The translations under genes were made by a program, and so were the position numbers. Below, one piece after another: positions 9,723-19,591 of a DNA stretch of 53,943 bases. A model generated the notes under the pieces. The model had not been told where the DNA came from and made no database searches. It worked only from the letters and a program-made list of their open reading frames with translations. Positions within the stretch are counted from its first letter, which is position 1. Every line of letters begins with the position of its first letter. This stretch comes from Ilumatobacter sp. GTDB taxonomy: Bacteria > Actinomycetota > Acidimicrobiia > Acidimicrobiales > Ilumatobacteraceae. The DNA lies in the NCBI GenBank assembly GCA_047610085.1, contig JBLFZD010000001.1:1-53943 (forward strand). Direction: 5' to 3'.

Positions 9723-10034
9723 AACTGGAGGTTAAGACAAGTGCCAGATCGCTGGAACCTCGTGCTCCAATAACGCTGGTGTGACCTCAAACTAAGAAAT
9801 GACTGTGACGCAGGAGCAGGTGGGCTCAGATCTTCTGTCCGCCGACGAGTCGATGGCCCCTCGTGTATCCCGCGACTTCACCAAATCGGTGCAGGCCGAT
9901 TGTTCTCTCCAGCCCAAAGCCTGGCCTCACCCGGCGAAGAGATTCGCCATGGACCTAATGAACAGCGCAGTGCAATACCACCTCGTATACAACTCGAATT
10001 CATTCGTAATTGCGGGCAGGACATTGGCATTGCT

Positions 10035-10339
10035 CTACTGCACCCTCATGTACGGGCATGTCGCACTGCAGGATCGGATAGGGACCAGCGTGCTGGGACT
10101 CGCAAAGTCCCAGGCATTTGGTATCGACCGGCGAACCATGTCCCGCGCAAAGTTAGTGAAGGTTGCCTCGACAACGCCTGCGCTGACCGCGCCGAGTGGG
10201 GGCAGCACGAAATCCGAAGGAACCCATCCAGAACCCACGAAGCCCTGCGGTCTTCGCAGCGGCGATCGATTTGGGGGGATAAGTGCGTCACGGCATGCAA
10301 CGTCTCGATCCGTTTCCAGAACTCGCGGGCAATCGACAC
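10035..10339 (-). pseudogene. Frameshifted, truncated remnant of an SCO6745-like family gene
   Basis: Three frames join to give VSIAREFWKRIETLHAVTHLSP / SIAAAKTAGLRGFWMGSFGFRAAP / LGAVSAGVVEATFTNFARDMVRRSIPNAWDFASP. Shifts fall at the G6 run (10273-10278) and G5 run (10198-10202). TACGTT lies 7 nt upstream of the GTG. Family assignment is from recalled motif similarity. Confidence 0.7.
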
Positions 10340-10438
10340 CGAGCGAAACGTAGAGGCTGCGTCCGCTCGATGCAGAACATCGGCACAGCGCGACGCCTTC
10401 CGCCGAGGAGATTGGCAACGTCGACGTCGTCGACCCGG

Positions 10439-10571
10439 CCCAGGTATGGAGTGACCCAGGTATGGAGTGACCCAGGTATGGAGTGACCCAGGTATGGAGT
10501 GACCCAGCTATGGAGTGACCGAGTTGCGGAGTGACCGAGTTGCGGAGTGACCGAGTTGCGGAGTGACCGAG
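10439..10571. repeat. Tandem array of eight 16-bp units in two variants
   Basis: CCCAGGTATGGAGTGA x4 (10439-10502), CCCAGCTATGGAGTGA x1 (10503-10518), CCGAGTTGCGGAGTGA x3 (10519-10566), then partial CCGAG. Confidence 0.97.
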
Positions 10572-10713
10572 CCGCCGGCAGCCCCTTCAACAGGGTCCTT
10601 AGCGACGGGGAAAGTTTGAGAATTTCGTTCCGGTACTCGGCGTTTGTCGAGGAAATCCGATTGACGGCACCGAAGGCACGCCTGGAAGGTCAGTGGAGTC
10701 GAACAGCGGGAAT

Positions 10714-10735
10714 CGAACCGGTGCCGAACCGGTGC
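10714..10735. repeat. 11-bp tandem duplication immediately upstream of the lldD-like -10 element
   Basis: CGAACCGGTGC x2, followed 3 nt later by TATGCT (10739-10744). Confidence 0.8.
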
Positions 10736-10751
10736 GCGTATGCTCCAGCCC

Positions 10752-11972
10752 ATGAAAATGTGGGACTCGTTTCGGTCGGTTGCTCAGTTCGCGCCGGTCG
10801 AACTTGACGGCACCACGCGTCGGTTGGCAAAGGTCGCATCGGTCGAAGATCTGCGTCGTCTTGCAAAGCGTCGCCTGCCGGCCGGTGTGTTCGACTACAT
10901 CGACGGGGGTGCCGAAGACGAGCGCACGCTTGGAGCCAACTCATCGGACTTCTCGAAGCTCGAGTTCCGGCCGCGGGTGATGCGTGACGTCTCGGATCTC
11001 GACACCTCGACCACCATCTTCGGCAAGGCCGTGTCGATGCCGGTGATTCTGTCGCCGACCGGATTTACCCGCATTGCCCATTCGCAAGGCGAACTTGCCG
11101 TCACCCGAGCCGCTGCTCGCGCCGAGATTCCCTGGTCATTGTCGACGATGGGCACTCGCTCAATCGAAGACTGCGCGGCGGCAAACCCGAACGGTGAGAA
11201 GTGGTTCCAGATTTACACCTGGAAGGACCGCGGGCTCGTCGAAGATCTGGTCGGACGTGCAAAGACCGCCGGCTATGGAGCGGTCTGGCTGACCGTCGAC
11301 ACCGCAGTGCTCGGGCGGCGCGAACGCGATGTGCGTCGTGGCATGACGCTGCCCCCAAAGCTTGGGTTAAAGACGCTCATTGACGGCGCAATTCACCCGG
11401 GCTGGACATGGGACTTTCTGCGCGGCGGACCGATCACGTTCGCAAATATCGTCGGTCAACACGACGAGGACGGGTCGACGGCGATTTCGCTGGCCGATCA
11501 CGTCGCACGGCAGTTCGATCAGGCGCTGTCGTGGGACGACATCGACTGGCTCCGCTCAATCTGGGATGGCCCGATTGTGCTGAAGGGCATTCAGACCGTT
11601 GAAGATGCCAAGCAGGCGGTATCGATGGGGGTCGACGGCATTGGACTGTCGAACCACGGCGGCCGGCAACTCGATGACGCGCCAACGCCGGTGTCGTTGA
11701 TCGAGCCGGTGCGAGACGCAATCGGTGATCAGGCAACGATCATCTGCGACGGCGGAGTTCGGCGGGGGAGCGACATCGTCAAGGCCATCGCACTTGGCGC
11801 TGATGCTGTGTCACTAGGGCGCCCGTACTTCTTGGCGCTCGGCGCGGGCGGCGAGGCCGGAGTCGACTGGTTGCTCGACTTTCTACGGAGCGGCCTCGAA
11901 CGAACGATGGCGCTCAGTGGATGTCGGTCACTCGATGAAATTGATCGCAATCTTGTGGCGTGGAAACGCTGA
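10752..11972 (+). CDS. FMN-dependent alpha-hydroxy acid dehydrogenase (L-lactate dehydrogenase LldD-like)
   Basis: FDYIDGGAEDE, SPTG, LTVDT, LKGI, SNHGGRQLD, DGGVRRGSDIVKA, GRP. Confidence 0.92.
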   Translation: MKMWDSFRSVAQFAPVELDGTTRRLAKVASVEDLRRLAKRRLPAGVFDYIDGGAEDERTLGANSSDFSKLEFRPRVMRDVSDLDTSTTIFGKAVSMPVILSPTGFTRIAHSQGELAVTRAAARAEIPWSLSTMGTRSIEDCAAANPNGEKWFQIYTWKDRGLVEDLVGRAKTAGYGAVWLTVDTAVLGRRERDVRRGMTLPPKLGLKTLIDGAIHPGWTWDFLRGGPITFANIVGQHDEDGSTAISLADHVARQFDQALSWDDIDWLRSIWDGPIVLKGIQTVEDAKQAVSMGVDGIGLSNHGGRQLDDAPTPVSLIEPVRDAIGDQATIICDGGVRRGSDIVKAIALGADAVSLGRPYFLALGAGGEAGVDWLLDFLRSGLERTMALSGCRSLDEIDRNLVAWKR

Positions 11973-12715
11973 CGAGCACGGCTGACACGCCGCCGTCCAG
12001 GCACCTACGGTCACGGTCAGCGACGTGATCGTTTCGCCATTAGCTGCGACGTCGGCGTTTGCGGTGATCAACAATCCGTCCTCCAAGACCACATCGGAAT
12101 TGGGTACGCCCATCAGAGTAAGCCAGGCGGTCCGAACGACGGGCTCCTTGTCATCGATCGAGATCGAGACGACGTGCCGTCATCGAAGCTTGTAGTCGTG
12201 ATGGCTGCGATCGGTTCGATGTTGGCGACGATGTCGGTGAGGGTCGCCGGTTGGTCGACGCTCGAACGTGGATTGCCAGCCGGGTCGAGCCCGAGTTCGT
12301 CCAGCAGTTCGACCTCAGCTGCATTGTCGTTGACGACGGCAACGATCGAGCGGGCATCTTCAATCGGGATGATGAGTGGGCTCGTAGCGGCCTGGGTGAC
12401 CAGTGGTGCAGCCGGATCGCCAGCATTGCCTGGTGGCATCGTCGCAAAGCCGTAGGCAACCAACGCACCAGCTCCGACCACGAAGGCCACAAGGCCTGCG
12501 GTGAGCCCCAACGGATGGGGCGGACACTCCGGTTCCCCCGGTTCGTCAAATGAAAACGGGCTCGACGAAAGCGGTGCCTCAGGAAACGACGGCTGTTCAG
12601 CAGCCGGAGGCGCGCTGGGCAGGGTCGGCACTGCGATCGCCTCAGCGGGGGTCGACGGGATCGCCGGCGGAACGTCAAGCGATGGTGGGGCAAAGGCTGA
12701 AGACTCCTTCCTCAC
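11928..12715 (-). pseudogene. Probable frameshifted membrane-anchored protein with a Pro-rich N-terminus and one TM helix
   Basis: ORF 12113-12715 has a TM segment (GLVAFVVGAGALVAYGFA) and becomes low-quality after SFDDGT. A shift at about 12171 continues as VSISIDDKEPVVRTAWLTLMGVPNSDVVLEDGLLITANADVAANGETITSLTVTVG. Confidence 0.55.
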
Positions 12716-12723
12716 ACCTCTTC

Positions 12724-12750
12724 ATCGGCGTCTGTGAAGACACTCTTGAG
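12724..12750 (-). promoter_or_regulatory. Sigma28 (FliA/WhiG)-type promoter
   Basis: Minus strand CTCAAG-N15-GCCGATGA; GCCGAT ends 8 nt before the GTG at 12715. Confidence 0.55.
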
Positions 12751-12786
12751 AAGCCGCTTCTTGCTGAGCATGATGTCAGCGGAGTT

Positions 12787-13437
12787 TCACCATTCGTCCC
12801 AGTGCAGCACGGTGTCGAGCGGTAGGCGATCAGCGACTTTGAAGTCGGTGCCAATGGTGTACGCAATCGGGAACAGTCCCGCCTGAGTGACCTGATCATG
12901 CGGGATGCCCAGGATGTCTGCGGCTTCCGCATCGCCACCGTCCATCAGGTGGATCGTGGTCCACGCCGAACCCATTGACCGTTCCCGCAACGCCAACATG
13001 AAACTCCAAACAGCGGGCAGAATCGAGCCCCACGCCGATGCCGCTTGAAAGGTGGGAACACGGTCGAGCTGGCCAGAGAGACACGGGATCATCATCATCG
13101 GTACCCGATGAAAATTTTCGACCAGGTGAACCGCGGACGACGTGACGCGGTCCTTTTGATCGTAGCGGGGATCCCCCGGCTCGTACTCGTTCGACGCAGC
13201 AACCCCGGCGTATTTTTGGAAGTTGCGTGCGTAGATATCGGCGAGCGCCTTCTTCTTCGCGGCGTCCTCGACGATCACGAACTGCCAACCCTGCTTGTTG
13301 GAACCGGTGGGCGCCTGGAGGGCGATGTCGAGGCATTCCTCCACGATCGATCGTTCCACCGGACGTTCAAGGTCGAGACGCTTGCGCACCGATCTTGTCG
13401 TGGAAAGGACGTCGTCAGCGGAAAGGTCAAGATGCAT
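12787..13437 (-). CDS. Nitroreductase family protein
   Basis: TTRSVRK, APTGSNKQGWQF, LALRERSMGSAW. Confidence 0.9.
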   Translation of the reverse strand: MHLDLSADDVLSTTRSVRKRLDLERPVERSIVEECLDIALQAPTGSNKQGWQFVIVEDAAKKKALADIYARNFQKYAGVAASNEYEPGDPRYDQKDRVTSSAVHLVENFHRVPMMMIPCLSGQLDRVPTFQAASAWGSILPAVWSFMLALRERSMGSAWTTIHLMDGGDAEAADILGIPHDQVTQAGLFPIAYTIGTDFKVADRLPLDTVLHWDEW

Positions 13438-13525
13438 CTACTCAGCCTCGCGAAGGACTTGGCCGCGAAGCGAGTCGGTGTGCTCGACCCAACGCAAACG
13501 GGTCATGGTCTGCCAAGCTCTTGAG

Positions 13526-14350
13526 ATGTCAGAACGTGTGACCATCTCGATCAACGACGGCATTGCCGACGTCAAGCTCAACCGCGCGGACAAGCGCAAT
13601 GCGCTCGACAACGCAATGTTCCTTGGGATTGCCAAGGCGGGCGAGCAGCTTAAGTCTGAGCCTGGGGTCCGAGTCGTGGTGCTCTCGGGTGACGGTGCGT
13701 CGTTCTGTGCCGGGCTCGATTTCTCCTCGATGCAGGCACTCGCTGGAACAGGAGATGGGCAAGAGAAAAAAACAGAGAGTGATCCCGTCGGCGGCCCGGG
13801 CGAAATGGCCCATGGCCGAATTACCCACCTCGCTCAGCAGATCTGCTGGGTTTGGCAGGAACTCGAAATGCCAGTCATCGCGGCGGTCCATGGCCACGCG
13901 CTGGGCGGCGGCATCCAGCTTGCCCTCGGCGCGGACATTCGCATTGTTCACCCTGACACGAAGATGTCAGTGCGTGAAGTTTACTGGGGCCTCGTCCCCG
14001 ACATGACGGGCACGTTGATGCTGTCGCGTCTCGTGCGACCCGATGTGGCTCGCGAATTGACGTTTACCGCACGGGTGTTTGATGGCATGGAGGCGATGGC
14101 GATGGGCCTCGCCACTCGCCTGAGTGACACCCCGTATGAGGACGCTATGGAAATGGCTCGTGACATTGCTGGCAGGAGCCCCGGAGCAGTGCGCGGCGCC
14201 AAAGCGCTGTTTAATCGGCTCGACCATCAAGGTGCCGCCGAGCAGTTTGCTGCGGAGCGTGAAAAAATCAGCGAGCAGATCGGTTCACCGAACCAGATGG
14301 AAGCCGTCATGTCCGGTTTTGAAAAGCGTGCGCCTGTCTTCGTTGACTGA
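13526..14350 (+). CDS. Enoyl-CoA hydratase/crotonase family protein
   Basis: LNRADKRNAL, FCAGLDF, HGHALGGGIQLALGADIR, EVYWGLVPD. Confidence 0.92.
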   Translation: MSERVTISINDGIADVKLNRADKRNALDNAMFLGIAKAGEQLKSEPGVRVVVLSGDGASFCAGLDFSSMQALAGTGDGQEKKTESDPVGGPGEMAHGRITHLAQQICWVWQELEMPVIAAVHGHALGGGIQLALGADIRIVHPDTKMSVREVYWGLVPDMTGTLMLSRLVRPDVARELTFTARVFDGMEAMAMGLATRLSDTPYEDAMEMARDIAGRSPGAVRGAKALFNRLDHQGAAEQFAAEREKISEQIGSPNQMEAVMSGFEKRAPVFVD

Positions 14351-14365
14351 CGCCAGACTGTGCAG

Positions 14366-14812
14366 ATGCTGATCAAGCAGATTCGAACCGATCTCACCAC
14401 GGCCACCAAGGCTCGCGACACCGTACGGATGCGCACGCTGCGCTCGGTGATCGCTGCAGTGCAAGAAGCCGAGGTCAGTGGTGACGAGGCGGTCACGCTC
14501 GATGACGACGGTGTGCTGGTGGTCATCAAGGCGCAGGTGAAGCGTCGGATCGATGCCGCCGAAGCCTTTACGTCAGGCGGAGCCGATGACCGAGCGGCTT
14601 CCGAGCGTGCCGAGATCGTGATTCTCGACGTGTACTTGCCTGCATCGTTGGGTGTCGATGAGCTGGAGGCCATCGTGTCCTCGGTCTTCGCGGCGAATGG
14701 GTTCGAGAGTCAGGCTGATATGGGCAAGGCCATGAAAGCGGTCAATGCTGAAGTGGCGGGCCGTGCAGACGGTCGGGCAGTGGCCGACTTGGTCAAGTCA
14801 CGCCTTTCGTGA
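14366..14812 (+). CDS. GatB/YqeY domain protein
   Basis: DLTTATKARD, KRRIDAAEAF, YLP, DMGKAMK, GRADGR. Confidence 0.9.
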   Translation: MLIKQIRTDLTTATKARDTVRMRTLRSVIAAVQEAEVSGDEAVTLDDDGVLVVIKAQVKRRIDAAEAFTSGGADDRAASERAEIVILDVYLPASLGVDELEAIVSSVFAANGFESQADMGKAMKAVNAEVAGRADGRAVADLVKSRLS

Positions 14813-15031
14813 TGCCCGACGTTCACGAGCGAACAACACAGCATCTGGGCTGATCAGCCTCTAGAATTAATTTTCTTGTCCTGAGTTCTCTCCGGATCGC
14901 CTCAGCGTTGAGGCACCGCCGTTCGGTCAGCGCCGACCACCGGCTCTGCACGATTCAATGTTGATTCTGTGCAATGTTCGATATCGATCTCTCCAGGTTC
15001 GCGCCTGGACTCACCTACGAGGAGTGGCCCG

Positions 15032-18000
15032 ATGATCAAGGCTCCCGGACCCATTGGTTTGTATGACCCCCGCAACGAGCATGATTCGTGTGGCGTCTCA
15101 TTCGTGGCAAACCTGAAGGGTGTGCGCTCCAACGAACTGGTCGTTACGGGTCTCACCGCTTTGACCAACCTCGAACATCGAGGGGCCACGGGTGCGGAGC
15201 CCGACACTGGTGATGGTGCAGGAATCCTGCTTCAGGTGTCTGACGATCTTTACCGGGCCGTGGTCGACTTCGATCTGCCCGCCGCGGGTGGGTACGCAAC
15301 GGGCATTGCGTTCCTTCCAGCCGATGATGCGTTGCGCGAGCAAGCTGAAGCATCGATCAACGCAGCGATGGTTGACGGTGGGCTCACGGTGCTCGGCTGG
15401 CGTGACCTCCCGGTCAACCCCGAATGCCTCGGCAAGACGGCGCGCGCTGCAATGCCCACGTTCCGCCAACTCTTCGTGTCCGACGCCAATGGTGCCACCG
15501 GCCTCGAGTTGGACCGCATTGCCTTCGTGGCTCGCAAGCGCATGCGACGCGAGCTGATCGGCGAACTCGACACCTACTTTGCCTCGCTGTCGTCACGCAC
15601 GATCGTCTACAAGGGCATGCTCACCACACCGCAGCTGAGTGAGTTCTTCCTCGACCTCACCGACTCGCGGATCGAATCGGCACTCCTGCTCGTCCACTCG
15701 CGTTTCTCAACGAACACGTTTCCGTCGTGGCCGTTGGCTCACCCATACCGATTCGTTGCGCATAACGGTGAGATCAACACCGTGCAGGGCAACCAGAACT
15801 GGATGCGGGCACGCGAGGCAATGCTCGGCAGCGACCTGCTGCCAGGGCTCGAACAGGCCTTCCCGATCTGTACGCCGGGAGCGTCGGACACGGCACGATT
15901 CGACGAGGTACTCGAACTCCTTCACCTCGGCGGCTACCCGCTTCACCATGCGGTCATGATGATGATTCCGTCGGCGTGGGAAAACGACACGACGATGTCG
16001 ACCGAACTTCGTGATTTCTTCCGGTTCCACGCGTCGATGATGGAGCCATGGGATGGTCCGGCGAGCGTGACGTTTACCGACGGCAAGCTCATTGGAGCGG
16101 TACTCGACCGCAATGGACTGCGCCCGAGCCGTTACTGGGTCACCGACGACGACCTCGTCGTGATGGCATCTGAAGTCGGCGTGATTGATGTCGAACCGTC
16201 ACGGGTGATCGCGAAGGGCCGGTTGCAGCCAGGCAAGATGTTCCTGATCGACACCGAGGCGGGCCGCATCATCGGTGATGACGAGATCAAGGCAACCCTT
16301 GCGGGGGAGCACCCTTACGGCGAGTGGCTCGAAGCCGGCATGGTTGACCTCACCGGCCTTCCCGACCGAGAACACGTTGTGTTTAGCCACGACAGTGTCC
16401 TGCGTCGCCAACAAATGTTTGGTTACACCCACGAAGAACTCAAGATCCTGATTGCCCCGATGGCGACGAAGGCGATGGAAGCCCTCGGTTCGATGGGCAC
16501 CGATACGCCGTTGGCCGTTCTTTCTGAACGTCCCCGACTGGTGTTCGACTACTTCAAGCAACTGTTCGCACAGGTCACGAACCCACCGCTCGATGCGATT
16601 CGTGAAGAGGTCGTCACCGCCGTGTCGTCGAGCGTGGGCCCCGAGGCCAACCTCCTCGCACCCGGCCCGGAGAGCTGCAAGCAGCTCGCTCTCCCGTACC
16701 CCATCATCGACAACGACGAGCTTGCGAAGATCATCCACATCGACGATGACGGCCAGCACCCGGGCTTGCGTGCCAAGGTTCTTTCCGGTCTGTATCGAGT
16801 CGAAGACGGGGGAGCGGGGCTCTCCAACGCCCTCGACCGCGTGTGTCAGCAGGCGTCTGACGCCATTGATGGCGGCGCACGCATCCTGGTGCTCTCCGAT
16901 CGCAACGCCGACACGATCGACGCTCCGATTCCTTCGCTTCTCCTGACATCTGCAGTCCATCACCACCTCGTTCGTACCAAGCAGCGCACGATGGCTGGCC
17001 TCATCGTCGAAGCGGGCGATGCTCGCGAAGTGCACCACATGGCGTTACTCATCGGATACGGGGCCGGCGCGATCAACCCGTACTTGGCGTTCGAGTCGAT
17101 CGAGGACCTCATTGCCGAGGGTATGCATGGCATGGGGGACCTGGACCCGCAGCACGCGATTGGCAACTACATCAAGGCATCGAACAAGGGTGTGTTGAAG
17201 GTGATGTCGAAGATGGGTGTATCGACCGTGGCGTCGTACACAGGAGCCCAGATCTTCGAAGCGATCGGCCTCGGCGACGAACTGATTGATAAGCACTTCA
17301 CCGGCACTATCTCCAAGCTTGGCGGCATCGGCCTGAACGAGATCGCTGCCGAAGTAGCCGCGCGTCATGCCATGGCGAACCCAAAGCGTCCAGAGGACCG
17401 TGCGCACCGCAAGCTCGAACTCGGCGGCGAGTATCAGTGGCGGCGAGAAGGCGAACAACACCTGTTCAACCCAGAAACTGTCTACAAGCTGCAGCACTCC
17501 ACACGCAGCGGTCGCTACGACATCTTCAAGGAGTACACCGCCAGCGTCAACGATCAGTCAAAGCACTTGATGACCTTGCGTGGTCTGTTTGAATTTAACG
17601 ACCAACGCAACTCGATCCCCATCGACGAGGTTGAATCGGTGAGCGAGATCGTCAAGCGGTTCTCAACTGGGGCCATGAGCTACGGCTCGATTTCCGCCGA
17701 AGCACACGAGACGCTCGCAATTGCAATGAATCAGATTGGCGCCAAGTCGAACACTGGTGAGGGTGGTGAGGACCCCGAGCGTCTGTATGACCCTCAGCGG
17801 CGTTCCTCGATCAAGCAGGTGGCGTCTGGCCGTTTCGGCGTCACGTCGGAGTACCTCACAAATGCCGATGACATTCAGATCAAGATGGCGCAGGGTGCAA
17901 AGCCAGGCGAAGGCGGTCAACTGCCCGGTCACAAGGTGTATCCGTGGATCGCAAAGACGCGGCATTCCACGCCTGGCGTTGGGCTGATCAGCCCGCCTCC

Positions 18001-19573
18001 GCATCACGACATCTACTCGATTGAAGATCTCAAGCAGCTGATTCACGACCTGAAGAACGCCAACCCGTTGGCCCGTGTTCACGTCAAGCTCGTCGCCGAA
18101 ACCGGCGTTGGCACCGTGGCTGCCGGTGTCTCGAAGGCGAAAGCTGATGTGGTGCTGATTTCAGGTCACGACGGCGGTACTGGTGCGAGCCCGTTGACCT
18201 CGCTCAAGCATGCGGGCGGGCCGTGGGAACTGGGGCTTGCCGAAACGCAGCAGACGCTGATGCTCAACGGCTTACGCGATCGCATCGTGGTCCAGGCCGA
18301 CGGCCAGATGAAGACGGGACGCGACGTCGTCATCGCGGCACTCTTGGGTGCCGAGGAGTACGGCTTTGCCACCGCACCGTTGGTGGTGTCGGGCTGCATC
18401 ATGATGCGTGTCTGCCACCTCGACACCTGCCCGGTCGGCGTTGCGACCCAGAACCCGACGTTGCGGGAACGCTTCTCCGGCAAGGCGGAGTTCGTTGTGA
18501 ACTTCATGAAGTTCATCGCTGAGGAAGTCCGCGAGATCATGGCCGAACTTGGCTTCACCACGATGGACGAGATGATCGGCCACGTCGAATGTCTCGATAC
18601 TCGGGCAGCGGTGACGCACTGGAAGGCCTCTGGTCTCGATATCGAGCCAATTCTGATGGTGCCAAAGAACCCGTATGGTCAGACGATGGTCCAGTCGGTC
18701 GAGCAAGACCACGAACTGGACGCAGCGCTCGATCAACAACTCATTGTTCAGGCCCAGTCGGCAATCATCAACGGCACGCCGGTTTCGATCGCGATGCCGA
18801 TCCGCAATATCAACCGCACCACGGGAACGTTGCTTGGCCACGAGGTCACCAAGGTCTGGCGCGGTTCAGGGCTCCCCGACGGAACGATCGACATCACGTT
18901 CACCGGCTCTGCCGGTCAGAGCTTCGGTGCCTTTGTTCCAGCCGGTATCCAGATGCGTCTGGTGGGAGACACCAACGACTACCTCGGCAAGGGCCTGTCG
19001 GGTGGGCGACTCATTGTGCATCCACATTCAGATGCTCCATTCGACGCTGAGAGCCAAGTGATCGCCGGCAACGTCATCGCCTACGGTGCGACCGGAGGAG
19101 AGATCTTCTTGAGCGGCAAGGTGGGCGAGCGTTTCTGCGTCCGAAACTCCGGAGCACTCGCAGTGAGCGAAGGCGTTGGAGATCACGGCTGTGAATACAT
19201 GACGGGCGGTCGTGTTGTCGTCCTCGGTCCGACCGGACGCAACTTTGGCGCAGGCATGTCGGGCGGCATCGCCTTCGTGTATGACGAGAGCGGCGACTTC
19301 GCCGACCGCGTCAACTACGACATGGTTCAACTCGAAGAGATGAGTGAGGCTGATCGCACCTGGCTCTACGACACCATTCGGCGTCACCAGAAACTGACGG
19401 GCTCATCGGTGGCCGAATCGATCCTGGCGTCGTGGCCGGTCGAGGTCAGCAAGTTCCGCAAGGTGATGCCCACCGATTACAAGCGGGTACTCACCGTTAT
19501 TGAAGAGTGTGAAGCGAGTGGCTTGTCTGAGGACGAGACGGTCGCGAAGATTATGGAAGCCGCAAGGGTCTGA
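15032..19573 (+). CDS. gltB: Glutamate synthase large subunit
   Basis: HDSCGV amidotransferase Cys, [63 protein letters not shown] domain; SD GAGGAG at 15019-15024. Confidence 0.98.
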   Translation: MIKAPGPIGLYDPRNEHDSCGVSFVANLKGVRSNELVVTGLTALTNLEHRGATGAEPDTGDGAGILLQVSDDLYRAVVDFDLPAAGGYATGIAFLPADDALREQAEASINAAMVDGGLTVLGWRDLPVNPECLGKTARAAMPTFRQLFVSDANGATGLELDRIAFVARKRMRRELIGELDTYFASLSSRTIVYKGMLTTPQLSEFFLDLTDSRIESALLLVHSRFSTNTFPSWPLAHPYRFVAHNGEINTVQGNQNWMRAREAMLGSDLLPGLEQAFPICTPGASDTARFDEVLELLHLGGYPLHHAVMMMIPSAWENDTTMSTELRDFFRFHASMMEPWDGPASVTFTDGKLIGAVLDRNGLRPSRYWVTDDDLVVMASEVGVIDVEPSRVIAKGRLQPGKMFLIDTEAGRIIGDDEIKATLAGEHPYGEWLEAGMVDLTGLPDREHVVFSHDSVLRRQQMFGYTHEELKILIAPMATKAMEALGSMGTDTPLAVLSERPRLVFDYFKQLFAQVTNPPLDAIREEVVTAVSSSVGPEANLLAPGPESCKQLALPYPIIDNDELAKIIHIDDDGQHPGLRAKVLSGLYRVEDGGAGLSNALDRVCQQASDAIDGGARILVLSDRNADTIDAPIPSLLLTSAVHHHLVRTKQRTMAGLIVEAGDAREVHHMALLIGYGAGAINPYLAFESIEDLIAEGMHGMGDLDPQHAIGNYIKASNKGVLKVMSKMGVSTVASYTGAQIFEAIGLGDELIDKHFTGTISKLGGIGLNEIAAEVAARHAMANPKRPEDRAHRKLELGGEYQWRREGEQHLFNPETVYKLQHSTRSGRYDIFKEYTASVNDQSKHLMTLRGLFEFNDQRNSIPIDEVESVSEIVKRFSTGAMSYGSISAEAHETLAIAMNQIGAKSNTGEGGEDPERLYDPQRRSSIKQVASGRFGVTSEYLTNADDIQIKMAQGAKPGEGGQLPGHKVYPWIAKTRHSTPGVGLISPPPHHDIYSIEDLKQLIHDLKNANPLARVHVKLVAETGVGTVAAGVSKAKADVVLISGHDGGTGASPLTSLKHAGGPWELGLAETQQTLMLNGLRDRIVVQADGQMKTGRDVVIAALLGAEEYGFATAPLVVSGCIMMRVCHLDTCPVGVATQNPTLRERFSGKAEFVVNFMKFIAEEVREIMAELGFTTMDEMIGHVECLDTRAAVTHWKASGLDIEPILMVPKNPYGQTMVQSVEQDHELDAALDQQLIVQAQSAIINGTPVSIAMPIRNINRTTGTLLGHEVTKVWRGSGLPDGTIDITFTGSAGQSFGAFVPAGIQMRLVGDTNDYLGKGLSGGRLIVHPHSDAPFDAESQVIAGNVIAYGATGGEIFLSGKVGERFCVRNSGALAVSEGVGDHGCEYMTGGRVVVLGPTGRNFGAGMSGGIAFVYDESGDFADRVNYDMVQLEEMSEADRTWLYDTIRRHQKLTGSSVAESILASWPVEVSKFRKVMPTDYKRVLTVIEECEASGLSEDETVAKIMEAARV

Positions 19574-19591
19574 GGGAAGTAGGTCTGCATT

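Noticed and set aside
9799-10454. Two 184-aa plus-strand ORFs (9799-10353 and 9900-10454) as real genes
   Set aside because: No recognisable motifs, atypical composition, and they lie antisense to the SCO6745-like remnant that explains the region
10439-10571. CRISPR array
   Set aside because: Units are 16 bp, directly abutting with no unique spacers, and no cas genes are in the window
10660-10740. Intact tRNA gene
   Set aside because: Only a T-loop/CCA-like fragment; no acceptor pairing, D arm or anticodon arm
10752-11972. Mycofactocin MftD
   Set aside because: Motifs fit a generic LldD-type enzyme (FDYIDGGA) and no mftA/B/C/E/F genes are nearby
14915-14945. glnA-type glutamine riboswitch upstream of gltB
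   Set aside because: Starts with CGTTCGG, but the downstream conserved purine-rich segments and closing P1 strand I would expect are absent
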